In this document: one piece after another, positions 10,679 through 22,142 of the stretch | How the letters are laid out: every line of letters starts with the position of its first letter | How positions within the stretch are numbered: the stretch's first letter is position 1 | Source: Antedon mediterranea | Lineage: Eukaryota > Animalia > Echinodermata | Direction: 5' to 3' | DNA: 64,000 nt | Assembly (NCBI RefSeq): GCF_964355755.1 | Contig: NC_092672.1 | Coordinates: 33,858,437 to 33,922,436 of the forward strand | Translations under genes and position numbers: made by a program | Notes under the pieces: model-generated | The model's database searches: none | Seen by the model: only the letters and a program-made list of their open reading frames with translations | Told to the model about the DNA's origin: nothing

Positions 10679-12782
10679 CTAATAATGCATTCACCTCTAT
10701 TCTTTTCTTTCCATTACTAACTATGATTGGTATGGTTCGCAAAGCAATAGATTGGTTTTTACTTAACAATGTAGTGTTTGTCCCTGTTTCTGTTTTAGTT
10801 ACTTTACGCTCCCCTTCCCTGGCAACTCCTACCTCTACAGTTTCAAAATTACTTTCCTTTTTTACTTTTTTCTCTTCTAATGCTGTATGTAACTCTGGAC
10901 AATCCACTCCAATCAGTAAATCTATCTCTTTTCTCTGACTACTTATCACAGGAAATTCTATGTCTCTCAAATGATCCCAATCCTTACTAACACTACTCCA
11001 ATCTGACGCTTCTAGTCTACCAGTAACATCACTTATAGTCACTGCATTCACTTTAAATTTTTTAGATCCATCCAACGGTAATACAAATATCTCAACTGGC
11101 TTAGTCACAAATCTTTCTTCCTTACCACTTAACAAACTCACTACCATCTCTTCTGTTACTCCACTGAGACCCAACTCTCCACATAACTCTTCATTAACAT
11201 ATGTCTGAGTACTACCATCATCTAATAATGCATTCACCTCTATTCTTTTCTTTCCATTACTAACTATGATTGGTATGGTTCGCAAAGCAATAGATTGGTT
11301 TTTACTTAACAATGTAGTGTTTGTCCCTGTTTCTGTTTTAGTTACTTTACGCTCCCCTTCCCTGGCAACTCCTACCTCTACAGTTTCAAAATTACTTTCC
11401 TTTTTTACTTTTTCTCTATGTAACAACCTATTATGGTCATTCTTACATCCATTTATACCACAGGACATAACCCGTTTACAATCAACTGCCCTATGTTTAC
11501 ATAGACACTTAAAGCACAATTTTTCTTGGCTAGCAATATTCCATCTCTCATTGATGGATAGTTGTCTGAATTTTACACATTCCCATAACCTATGGTTTTT
11601 CTTACAACATACACATGTGAAAAAAGGTGATTCACTAGGCTTTTCCCCTGTGGGTGTACAACTATGACTGTAAGCCTTTTTTCCTCTAAAATCTGTGTTT
11701 ACTACTCGAAATTTACTCTTATTTTCATTAGCTGTAGTGCTAATATTTCTTCCAAACATATTGCTGTTTACTGCAGCTTGACTCTCTACAAATTTTAACA
11801 TATCCAAGAAACTTGGTTCCCTTTCACTAAGTATTGATTGTGCAGCATTAGCCCATTTAGCTTGCATAAATCTAGGTAATAGCCCTTGAATTTTTAATAG
11901 GTTGGAAGTACTGTTTAAATCATTTGTGTACCCCATTTTTGTTAGTGTTAGTTGACATTTTTTCATGTCACTGACTAGTCCCCATAACTCTTCATGGTTT
12001 CCTGCATTAATCTCTTTTCTGTTGGTTAACTTAAGCATCAATGAGTTTAAAACTAGATGGGGCTGCCCAAACTGCCTTTTAAGAATCTCTAAAGCCTGCT
12101 TATAACCTTCTTCTCCTAATAGAGGACAACTTACTATACTTTCCTTTGCCTTATTTTTACATAACTGTAGAAGGTATTGTAATTTTGCATTATCTGATGT
12201 TAACTTACTTGCTACATTTATCTCAAAACTTTGTACAAAAGCCCAATAGTTTCCCGGATCCCCATGGAATTCTATCACTTCCGCTTTTGGAAGTTCTAGG
12301 GCTAATTTGAATGTGGCCATAGCATCCATATCATTACTGTTAACCTTATTATTACCATCTTTCTCTCCCTGATCAACGTTTTCACTGTCCTCTTCTACCA
12401 TAACTCTGTCAGTCTCTTCTGTCACTGTTCCCCTGACTGGCGGCTCCAGCACCCTCTTAGTCTCATGTATCACCTCTAGAAAATTCCTTTGGCAATCTTG
12501 CATCCACTTCTCCGCTTCCTCAAATTGTTCTTCATCTTCCAAATTTATCATTTCCACAATCTGCTCGTGAGCCCTCTCTACTGTTTCAAATACCTCGTTT
12601 GCTTTCTTTAATAAGTTCTGTATTAACTCAATATCCCTCTCTAGTTCCTCCTTCTGACACAAAACATTTATTGTGTTTGTAATCCTTGTTAACTGTCCTT
12701 TTCTATTTCTTCGTAGTATTTTTATATCTTTTTTTCGTTTCTCCATGTCTTCAATTTTGTTTGACTTTTCGCTTAGAAGCAT
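10665..12782 (-). CDS. BEL/Pao gag (DUF1759-like) with zinc knuckles and aspartic protease
   Basis: Motifs FHGDPGNYWAF and KLQYL, Cys/His knuckles (CVCCKKNHRLWEC, CFKCLCKHRAVDC, CGINGCKNDHNRLLH), and protease motif ALLDDGS. Confidence 0.9.
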   Translation of the reverse strand: MLLSEKSNKIEDMEKRKKDIKILRRNRKGQLTRITNTINVLCQKEELERDIELIQNLLKKANEVFETVERAHEQIVEMINLEDEEQFEEAEKWMQDCQRNFLEVIHETKRVLEPPVRGTVTEETDRVMVEEDSENVDQGEKDGNNKVNSNDMDAMATFKLALELPKAEVIEFHGDPGNYWAFVQSFEINVASKLTSDNAKLQYLLQLCKNKAKESIVSCPLLGEEGYKQALEILKRQFGQPHLVLNSLMLKLTNRKEINAGNHEELWGLVSDMKKCQLTLTKMGYTNDLNSTSNLLKIQGLLPRFMQAKWANAAQSILSEREPSFLDMLKFVESQAAVNSNMFGRNISTTANENKSKFRVVNTDFRGKKAYSHSCTPTGEKPSESPFFTCVCCKKNHRLWECVKFRQLSINERWNIASQEKLCFKCLCKHRAVDCKRVMSCGINGCKNDHNRLLHREKVKKESNFETVEVGVAREGERKVTKTETGTNTTLLSKNQSIALRTIPIIVSNGKKRIEVNALLDDGSTQTYVNEELCGELGLSGVTEEMVVSLLSGKEERFVTKPVEIFVLPLDGSKKFKVNAVTISDVTGRLEASDWSSVSKDWDHLRDIEFPVISSQRKEIDLLIGVDCPELHTALEEKKVKKESNFETVEVGVAREGERKVTKTETGTNTTLLSKNQSIALRTIPIIVSNGKKRIEVNALLDDGL

Positions 12783-12933
12783 GCACTGTACTCACGTGTA
12801 TGTGTGACGTTCGCTCCCTAGCTAGAAGCATGCACTTTACTCACGTGCTCCGTTGCAACTAACTATAGGCTCACAACTTTCAGCCTAAAAATGTTGGTTC
12901 TTTAAAGTTTAATTTGTTTAAATTGGTCTATCT

Positions 12934-12951
12934 AACCTCGCTCTGCTACCA
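12934..12951 (-). promoter_or_regulatory. Primer-binding site complementary to the initiator tRNA-Met 3' end
   Basis: Minus strand TGGTAGCAGAGCGAGGTT, 6 nt inside the 5' LTR. Animal tRNA-iMet ends ...CTCTGCTACCA. Confidence 0.85.
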
Positions 12952-12957
12952 TTTTCT

Positions 12958-13130
12958 TGTACTGAAGAAAGGCCCATAAACAATATATACATATACGCAA
13001 GAACTTTCTTATTTTTATTATCTTTTATTTTTGCACTTCTTTCCAACCACGCTGTCGGTATTATTTTTATTTTTTGGAGCATGCCATATACAACAGCGCC
13101 CTCATTATTCTTTTGTTGTTCTTCAGAACA
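12958..13130 (-). repeat. 5' LTR of the BEL/Pao element (173 bp)
   Basis: Direct repeat of 5793-5987, adjacent to the PBS and followed by the TSD TCCTC. Confidence 0.92.
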
Positions 13131-13479
13131 TCCTCTATACCCAATACACGAGTGGTATTTTTATATATAATTCTTACAGTATGGTATTGTTTATGTTGAA
13201 CTTCTATTGTCATGGTTACCGCATGTTTTAGTTGTTAATATGTATGGTCATGTTTATGAAAAATATTGACTATTAATATTTGTAAAATGCATATATAACA
13301 ATGGTTAGGCTTAATAATTTATTTAATTAAAGTATAAACATAGGTGTTAGATAATTATTACCAAGCACATTTGTTTTTAGTCATATAATAAAGTATATAT
13401 TGAAATAATGCTGTAACTGAGTTTAGTGATTATTTAATTGCTGTTGATGGCGTGCTTACCTGGAATAATTTGCATAAAA

Positions 13480-13683
13480 ATGTGGCGCATGCGCACGTTT
13501 GGAATTTACTTACTTGCTGGTGTGGTTAGTTGAGACGATGCCAGCGTATACACAAGAGAATGGTGTGATTGCTACTAACAAAATGCCATGTGGCGCATGC
13601 GCACGTTTGGAATCTCCTTACTAGCTGGTGTGGTTAGTTGAGACGATGCCAGTGTATACACAAGAGAATGGTGTGATTGCTAC
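13480..13683. repeat. Two-copy ~105-bp direct repeat upstream of subtype-A genes
   Basis: TGTGGCGCATGCGCACGTTTGGAAT...GTGTGATTGCTAC occurs twice. The same pair recurs at ~39975-40180. Confidence 0.8.
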
Positions 13684-13781
13684 ATGATAATGTAATTTTG
13701 CTACAGATTTAATACATCATCACTATGTTGCATGAATACGGGCCTTCTGTGTTCTTTCACATGTCACGTAGTGATCACTAA

Positions 13782-13959
13782 AGCCTGTTTTCATGTCGAC
13801 GTTATTCGACGCTATCGTCGTTGATCAACGACGATCGTTTGTAAACGATCAACTTGAAATGATGAAAATAGCGAGTACCTTTTCCTGTAAATCGTTAAAA
13901 TGTCAATGTTTACGTAGATTATCGCCGATTATTGTCTAACGTCGACAGGAAAACAGGCT
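13782..13959. mobile_element. PIF/Harbinger-like MITE (paralogous copy at 40281-40458)
   Basis: TIR AGCCTGTTTTC(A/C)TGTCGACGTT ... AACGTCGACAGGAAAACAGGCT, flanked by TAA/TTA. Confidence 0.7.
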
Positions 13960-14402
13960 TTAGGCCGCAATTATAAATGCATCACAATAACTTAGAAGTA
14001 CACATTGCGAAAGACAGGTATCAACGGTATTTTGTTGTTTATGTTGATTCCGTTGTCATGTTTACAGCATTTAAAAAAAAATATCTATGGTCATGAAGAA
14101 TATTATTGAATATTAATGTTTTTAAAACGCATATTTAACAATGCTTAGGTTTAATTATTTATAAGTAAAGTATATAGGTGGTAGATAATGATATTACCAA
14201 ACACGTTTGTAATGGTTTTTGTTCATAGAATAAAGTATACTGAAATATATTAAATAGTTTGGAAGCGCATTGTGAAAGACAGTGAACTACCAACGCTAGT
14301 GGGGGAATCATCGATGAGCTCTAAGTCACAAATTGTAGGAAACGTTATACACCATTTTTACACGAAACACACAAGAACTTTTAACGTTCCTTCTCAAGAG
14401 AC

Positions 14403-17400
14403 ATGATGCGCGCTGCCTCAAAAATTGTTGATATAATTACATTCATCGTTCTGTTAACTAGTTGCGATGCCAAAGTGGAATGCGATATTAAACCTCCACA
14501 AACGTCACCTTCTCACTTCTACGGACACGCTAACACAACAATGTCAAACGAACTTGGCAAATACAAGGCAACGCAATACGAGTGTATGCAGCTTTGTCGA
14601 AAGGACGCACGTTGTCTAGCTTTTACATACGCTGCTGATACGCAAGAGTGCGCGACGTTTGATCGGGATAGCGTCACTGGACCGGAACACAAGGAGACGG
14701 TATCTGGTGTCTGGTTCTATGACATGCGACGAAAAAGAAAAGATTTTACTCGTGTAAGTTTAAAATGCAGTTTTTTTTCTAATTTTCAACCCCGGTTCCC
14801 AATCCGAACAAAATTCACTACAATTAATGGATGCCCAACCCCATGTTTTTAAAGTTTGTTATGCGTTTTTTCTGTAAATCTTGCGAATACAATTTTATTT
14901 GGACACTGATAAAGCATGTGAAGAGAAAAATATGTGTATCCATGTATTCACTCGATTCACAGTTAAATCGTGTTTATTGTTTACAGAGTTATCTTGGAGC
15001 ATGCCAAGCAAAGAACAAATGCGTTAACGGAGGCTCTTGTATCAATGATTGCTCAGAACTGGGATACACCTGCGAATGCCCAGTACAATTTTATGGGAAA
15101 TTTTGTCAAAATAGTAAGTATAGGTCTACGGAACTGTACTGTATTATGTATTACAGGTCTTTTCCAATTATATTGATCTAAATAAACATTACGAATGAAT
15201 TAAATTAAACATTTCGTTAACAATATCATATTGTGCACGAGTCTGTAGTTCTAAAATGTGTACAGTAGGGTAATTGGTTTACACTTCGCGTTCACACTGA
15301 GTTTAAATTGTATCCAGTGGCTTAAAACAAAAATCTGTTTCAATCACACGTCCGTTGTGTATGGAAAATGGAATGTTAGTTGTTTCTATTCTTAAGCTCT
15401 GTTTACACTATTAAACTAGTTTGACAAAAAAAAGTATGATGTCCCAAAATAATATGGTAGTGATATGTCCAAATATGGTAGTGATATGACATTATCCAGT
15501 CCATATATGAGCACAATACATTGTTGACACATAAAGTTTGATAGTGTAGACAAAGCTTTAAACACTTGCACGTATCCATTCATTTTTATCCGGACTCAGT
15601 ATGAGTATAATATAACTTTACGTAAGAATATATAATGACAATAATAATAGTAGCCATACTAAGTCACGATACATTTTAATCATTTAGAGTTTGTCCATGG
15701 TTATGTGTTTAAAACAAACATTGTTAAACCATCAGGAAGCAATACGGCATTCACATACAAGAACAAGCATTATCTCGTAGTCGGCGGAGTGTAAGTATTT
15801 TGGACGATGACAAAAATGATTGCAGTGATGTTGACAACGTTTGATAAAATTTAATTATTTGAGTATCCAATTAATAATATTATTTATTCATTCGGGCAAA
15901 ATAAATGAAAAGCAATTTGTATTCTGCTTAAAAATATTACAAATTTGCATATCAAAAGCATGATGTTTAATAAGCATGATGTTTAATAAGCACGAAACAA
16001 CAAAATGGCGACGGAGGTAGAAACAATTTTAGTTGAGCCAAAGATAATAAAAGGAACACATCCAGATCAACACGACCCATCCAAACGTGGGATTAGATTA
16101 GACGGGAACCATATCTAGAGCCCGCCGTCATTCGGCTGCTGGATTCTTACGCGTCCATGAAAGCACGTCCGCGTTTCCTATCCTTCTATGCTTAACAGTG
16201 CGTACTGTTGATTCTTTACCTATAATTTATATTCTTTGGTTGAGCCCATGGAGAATACACGGCCACATGTTTGTGAGAAGATCCAAGGTGAGAAAAGGGG
16301 TCTTAAAATTTCTGTTGAGTTGATGCATAACGGACTGTGCCGCTTCGCGCGCGTTTAGAATGTTCAGTGTGCGCCCGTAGTAACGTATTCGCCGATTACA
16401 TTGTAAATGGTGCCATGATGCGTACATCATCACGTGAAAAACCTAATTTGCTTGTAGGCTTAATTTTTTTTCTGAAGCAAATTTAGATATTTTTTCGATT
16501 TAATTTCAGTAACGGTTCACCAACAAATGCATACAGATACAACGATACTAATGAACGGTATGAATATTATCAACAATTAACGGGAAAAAGTGATGCAAAA
16601 CAAATAGAACATTTTATCATTAATGGACAATTGTATGTGTTTGTCATCAACTACAAAATAGGTGAAAAGGAAAACATAGACTCCTACATCTACATATTTG
16701 ATTTACGAACGGGTAAGTGTATAATCTGTTTTGATTTAAAGAAGACAGACCCTGCATCCCAATTGACAGTATCACTGTAATGGGGAGAAGGGGTATATTC
16801 CAGATAACTGTTTTTTTATCTTATTCTTTTTTTTATGACAAGATCAATGTGTATACTTCGTTGTCAAGGTCACCTCTGCAAGACTTTTATTATTTTAGTT
16901 GGATGTGCGCACATTCAATAATGGTTTTGTTTTCACTTTTTTACTTTCACTCAATCTAGCTTTCTGCTAGTTTCTGTACGGCTCATAATAATAGACGATC
17001 TACGACTCACATCTGTTGAGTCCGGCACAGTTCCGATTCGGCGCCGTCAAATAAAATCGAACCTGAAGTTTCGTTTTCACGACGCTCCACGCGGCTATGC
17101 GCCAATAGATCGATAAGTGCATAACCACGTGGAGCGTCCTGAAAACGAAACACTAACATTCAATTTGATTTGCCGTCGCCTGACCGGAACTGTGCCGGAA
17201 AAACTAGTTTTCTAAAGCTTTACGTCTTATCACTTAAACATATTTAGGCACATCACTCTTTTTTGTCAAACTAGTTTGATAGTGTACACGTATAATGTTA
17301 CTGTGTCCATATTGGGCATTTTTTGTATGTGACCTAGAGACTGTGTAAACAGAGCTTTAGGTTGTGAACGAAATGCTTATAAGAAATGTTCCCGCTGTGT

Positions 17401-19249
17401 TATAGTTATGTGCCTGTGATCTGTGTAACTATAGTTACTATAATTATGTATACCACCTCACCATCTTGTACTTCCTACGTTTGTATCTCTCTTATTGTCC
17501 TTTTTATGATGTTTTTCCAAGTGTCACCAGTTGGAATTTTTATTTTTATCAATAAGTCGAAACGCCGTCTAGAAGTCCCGAGATTACTACACTATACATT
17601 TGTTGTGTTTTAGGTTTCCTCGATCAACATCAAACGTTAGACACATGGGGTGGACATGACGCATCGTATTTAGAATTGAATTCAAATCATTATTTACTTG
17701 TGGTTGATTATCGTGAGCAACATAGTGTTGTAAACTCAACAGTATATAAATGGAATTTTAACAATACCCAATTTGTAGAGTATGCTAAAATACCAGTTCG
17801 TGGTGGCCACAGTGGTAAACTATTCTCAATGAATGGTGTATTGTACGCGGCAATAGCAAACTATCTCACAACAACGAATGAATACATGATTAAATCTCAC
17901 GTTTGGAAACTAAAACAAGGTAAGTGAGATGCAATTTTAGAAACGTATAATGATCCTCGTTCTCACTGCAGTCTCGAATGACAGAAGACAATAAGTGAGG
18001 CTATGCTTTTGTCAAATGCTAATAATTTAGCTAACAAACGACGTAAACCAGACCGACAAAGAGTCTGAGAATAGAAAATAACTTAGTTGGCGACGTGTCG
18101 GTGACAATTGACTGCGCGCGTGCCGCAGAATACATAATAATTGTGGTGTTACAGTTTAGTCCAGGCAGAAAATCGTACTTTATTGCCCACGTGCGCGTGA
18201 AATGCGCAGCATTTTCAGGGAATTCTATTCCATACTGTCACTTTTTAGGTGGTGTTACTGAACTAGTACAGTCACTTGACGAATCGGACGCAGGATCAAC
18301 TGGAATCGATGCATTCACAAATGACGGAGATACTTTCCTAGTAGGTGTCAATAAATTGGGCATGGATTGTGCACAGAACACAATAGTTTATAGATGGGAC
18401 AAGTCGACTAATGAATTTAAAATTCATCAACGTATTCCTGTTGAACATTGCGCCTACAGATCTACCATTTTTAAGGTAAGTATAAAGTGCCCTTTTATTT
18501 TTACCATAAATAGCCAACGCCAAAAATTTTCACTTCAGACCAATCGAATGTAATACTCTACTTTCGAGTCCGAAACTTCGGTTGGACTGAATAAAGACAA
18601 TGATTGAGTTGTGTGTCTACTGACAACGGTGTAGCTGGAAGTTATAGTAAAAAGACAAAAGTTGAGAAAGTATGGTTTTTTGAAAAGAAGGAGTGACCGC
18701 TTGTTGATTGATGGTAACAACATAGGAAAATATATTTGCAAAATAAAGGTGAGAGAGAAGAAGTGAATGGATAGAGAATTTGTATTCAATTGGAAAGGTG
18801 GACTAACTGAAGGCAAACAAGCGTCGTTCTATAGGAATTTCTACGATAATTAAGGACTTTTGGGAAATGAGCTGAACTTTTTCTGTTATTATAAAAGGTG
18901 CTAACATATAAAGCTTTATTTGTTTTATTAGTTGTAATGTCCCATAATGATAATATTGGGGTGTTTTTTGTTCGTGTTTTTACAGGTTGGCGGAGAAGTG
19001 TTTATAATAATAGCCACAACCAGATCGGAAAGAGGTGGAAGTAGTAATGATAAATATACTTCGTCATCTCCAATATTTAAACTCGAGGGTATAACTATGT
19101 TCATAAAATATGGAGCCATGACATAACATGCCTGTTTTGATATAACATTTTTTGAGCGAGATGGGGAGTACTTTTTAGGTCAGTCAAATATACGAAATGT
19201 TAATGGTGGCTTAAGTAATGCCGCATTAAACATATACCAATGGTTGTAG
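14403..19249 (+). pseudogene. A1: subtype-A secreted PAN/Apple-EGF-7xEAR(EPTP) gene with a premature stop in the last exon
   Basis: Seven GT-AG exons in continuous frame: 14403-14753 (signal peptide, PAN, RRKR), 14987-15113 (EGF), 15688-15790, 16510-16712, 17614-17919, 18249-18475, 18986-19249 (EAR repeats). In-frame TAA at 19124-19126 where paralogues have TCA. The ancestral stop is at 19247-19249. Confidence 0.85.
15395..15557. mobile_element. Harbinger-like MITE family AGCTCTGTCTACACTATCAAAC (many copies)
   Basis: TIRs with TTA/TAA flanks. Related copies at ~17215-17357, 25048-25165, 42630-42788, 45022-45177, 51527-51650, 53841-53899 and 59838-60193. Confidence 0.7.
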
Positions 19250-19460
19250 TTGCTCCGCGCTAATGCCTTCGATTTAGACACACAAAGCGGCCACTAACTA
19301 TATTTTTAGAAATATGTTGTAAGAGAAGGTTTGTTTATTTGCATTCGATTATAGGTGTTATCATATATTTAACAAAATCAATTTTAATAAGACAGTAACT
19401 TGCCTGGTATCATATAATTATATGACATAAATTTGTTTAAACTTTGCCATTTTAAAGCCT

Positions 19461-19748
19461 TTTGCACCTCCTTCTTTATGTCTACCTCCTTCTTTATGTC
19501 TACCCCTTCTTTATGTCTACCTCCTTCTTTATGTCTACCCCTTCTTTATGTCTACTTCCTTCTTTATGTATACTTCCTTCTTTATGTGTACCTCCTTCTT
19601 TATGTCTACTTCCTTCTTTATGTCTACTTCCTTCTTTATGTCTACTTCCTTCTTTATGTCTACCTCCTTCTTTATGTCTACCCCCTTCTTTATGTCTACC
19701 TCCTTTTTTATGTCTACCTCCTTCCTTATGTCTACTTCCTTCTTTATA
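19461..19748. repeat. 18-bp minisatellite (TCTACCTCCTTCTTTATG)n, ~16 copies
   Basis: Visible tandem array that explains the repetitive ORFs in several frames. Confidence 0.92.
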
Positions 19749-19984
19749 GTAGACAGGGTTCTGGTAATGTCAAGAATATTCATCAGAAAAACTTGAGCAT
19801 GCGTTTTTAATCATTTAAAAACAATATACAAAAACACAAAAGTGTTTTTTTTTTCTTTTATGGCTGTGTTGCAGAAAATGTCAACTTAGCACAGCAGCAT
19901 TACCTAATGAATACCTTATATATTGGTTGTGTAAAACTTTAGCATTACTTAATGAATGCCTTATATATATTGATTGTTTAAAAC

Positions 19985-22142
19985 TTTTAGCATTATCTAA
20001 TGAATAATTAAATACAAACTTTTCAGCATTATCTAATGAATAATTAAATACAAACTTTTCAGCATTATCTAATGAATAATTAAATACAAACTTTTCAGCA
20101 TTATCTAATGAATAATTCTATACAAACTTTTCAGCATTATCTAATGAATAATTAAATACAAACTTTTCAGCATTATCTAATGAATAATTAAATACAAACT
20201 TTTCAGCATTATCTAATGAATAATTAAATACAAACTTTTCAGCATTATCTAATGAATAATTCAATACAAACTTTTCAGCATTATCTAATGAATAATTAAA
20301 TACAAACTTTTCAGCATTATCTAATGAATAATTAAATACAAACTTTCCAGCATTATCTCATGAATAATTCAATACAAACTTTTCAGCATTATCTAATGAA
20401 TAATTCAATACAAACTTTTCAGCATTATCTAATGAATAATTCAATACAAACTTTTCAGCATTATCTAATGAATAATTAAATACAAACTTTTCAACATTAT
20501 CTAATGAATAATTAAATACAAACTTTTCAGCATTATCTGATGAATAATTAAATACAAACTTTTCAGCATTATCTAATGAATAATTAAATACAAACTTTTC
20601 AGCATTATCTGATGAATAATTAAATACAAACTTTTCAGCATTATCTAATGAATAATTAAATACAAACTTTTCAGCATTATCTGATGAATAATTAAATACA
20701 AACTTTCAGCATTTCTAATGAATAATTCATTAAAAACTTTTCAGCATTATCTAATGAATAATTAAATACAAACTTTTCAGCATTATCTAATGAATAATTA
20801 AATACAAACTTTTCAGCATTATCTAATGAATAATTAAATACAAACTTCTCAGTATTATCTAATGAATAATTAAATACAAACTTTTCAGCATTATCTAATG
20901 AATAATTAAATACAAACTTTTCAGCATTATCTAATGAATAATTAAATACAAACTTTTCAGCATTATCTCATGAATAATTCAATACAAACTTTTCAGCATT
21001 ATCTAATGAATAATTCAATACAAACTTTTCAGCATTATCTCATGAATAATTCAATACAAACTTTTCAGCATTATCTAATGAATAATTAAATACAAACTTT
21101 TCAGCATTATCTGATGAATAATTAAATACAAACTTTCCAGCATTATCTCATGAATAATTCAATACAAACTTTTCAGCATTATCTCATGAATAATTCAATA
21201 CAAACTTTTCAGCATTATCTGATGAATAATTAAATACAAACTTTTCAGCATTATCTCATGAATAATTCAATACAAACTTTTCAGCATTATCTAATGAATA
21301 ATTAAATACAAACTTTTCAGCATTATCTGATGAATAATTAAATACAAACTTTCCAGCATTATCTCATGAATAATTCAATACAAACTTTTCAGCATTATCT
21401 CATGAATAATTCAATACAAACTTTTCAGCATTATCTAATGAATAATTAAATACAAACTTTTCAGCATTATCTGATGAATAATTAAATACAAACTTTCCAG
21501 CATTATCTCATGAATAATTCAATACAAACTTTTCAGCATTATCTAATGAATAATTCAATACAAACTTTTCAGCATTATCTAATGAATAATTAAATACAAA
21601 CTTTTCAGCATTATCTAATGAATAATTAAATACAAACTTTTCAGAATTATCTAATGAATAATTAAATACAAACTTTTCAGCATTATCTGATGAATAATTA
21701 AATACAAACTTTTCAGCATTATCTAATGAATAATTAAATACAAACTTTTCAGCATTATCTAATGAATAATTAAATACAAACTTTTCAGAATTATCTGATG
21801 AATAATTAAATACAAACTTTTCAGCATTATCTAATGAATAATTCAATACAAACTTTTCAGCATTATCTGATGAATAATTCAATACAAACTTTTCAGCATT
21901 ATCTAATGAATAATTCAATACAAACTTTTCAGCATTATCTAATGAATAATTCAATACAAACTTTTCAGCATTATCTAATGAATAATTAAATACAAACTTT
22001 TCAACATTATCTGATGAATAATTAAATACAAACTTTTCAGCATTATCTAATGAATAATTCAATACAAACTTTTCAGCATTATCTGATGAATAATTAAATA
22101 CAAACTTTTCAGCATTATCTCATGAATAATTCATTAGAAACT
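19985..22142. repeat. 36-bp minisatellite (CAGCATTATCTAATGAATAATTAAATACAAACTTTT)n, ~60 copies
   Basis: Head-to-tail array with few variant positions and no spacers. The minus-strand frame shows 12-aa periodicity. Confidence 0.97.

Larger units (their letters stand above)
5793..13130 (-). mobile_element. Full-length BEL/Pao LTR retrotransposon (defective, internally duplicated)
   Basis: LTRs at 5793-5987 and 12958-13130 with TG...CA ends. 5-bp TSD TCCTC at 5788-5792 and 13131-13135. PBS and PPT are present. Domain order is gag-PR-RT(YMDD)-RNaseH-IN. The empty site with a single TCCTC is visible in the paralogous spacer at 39603-39607. Confidence 0.95.

Noticed and set aside
6693-11667. Plus-strand ORFs within the BEL element
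   Set aside because: They are antisense shadows of gag-pol with no recognisable motifs.
18530-18830. Possible Penelope end or hammerhead ribozyme (GTCCGAAAC...AATAAA) in A1 intron 6
   Set aside because: No properly placed CTGANGA core was found. It is probably a TE remnant but cannot be classified by eye.
14403-19249. Assigning the gene symbol TSPEAR or LGI
   Set aside because: Only the EAR-like repeats are shared. There is no LamG/TSPN or LRR domain, so orthology is unsupported.
19433-19810. Repetitive ORFs (KKEVDI, MSTSFF, LCLPPS)
   Set aside because: All are translations of an 18-bp minisatellite that is open in several frames. There is no splice or paralogue support.
19985-22142. 36-bp repeats as a CRISPR array, or the 184-aa NYSLDNAEKFVF ORF as a protein
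   Set aside because: The units are head-to-tail with no unique spacers, there are no cas genes, and the context is eukaryotic. The ORF is a by-product of a unit length divisible by 3 and is broken by TGA variants.
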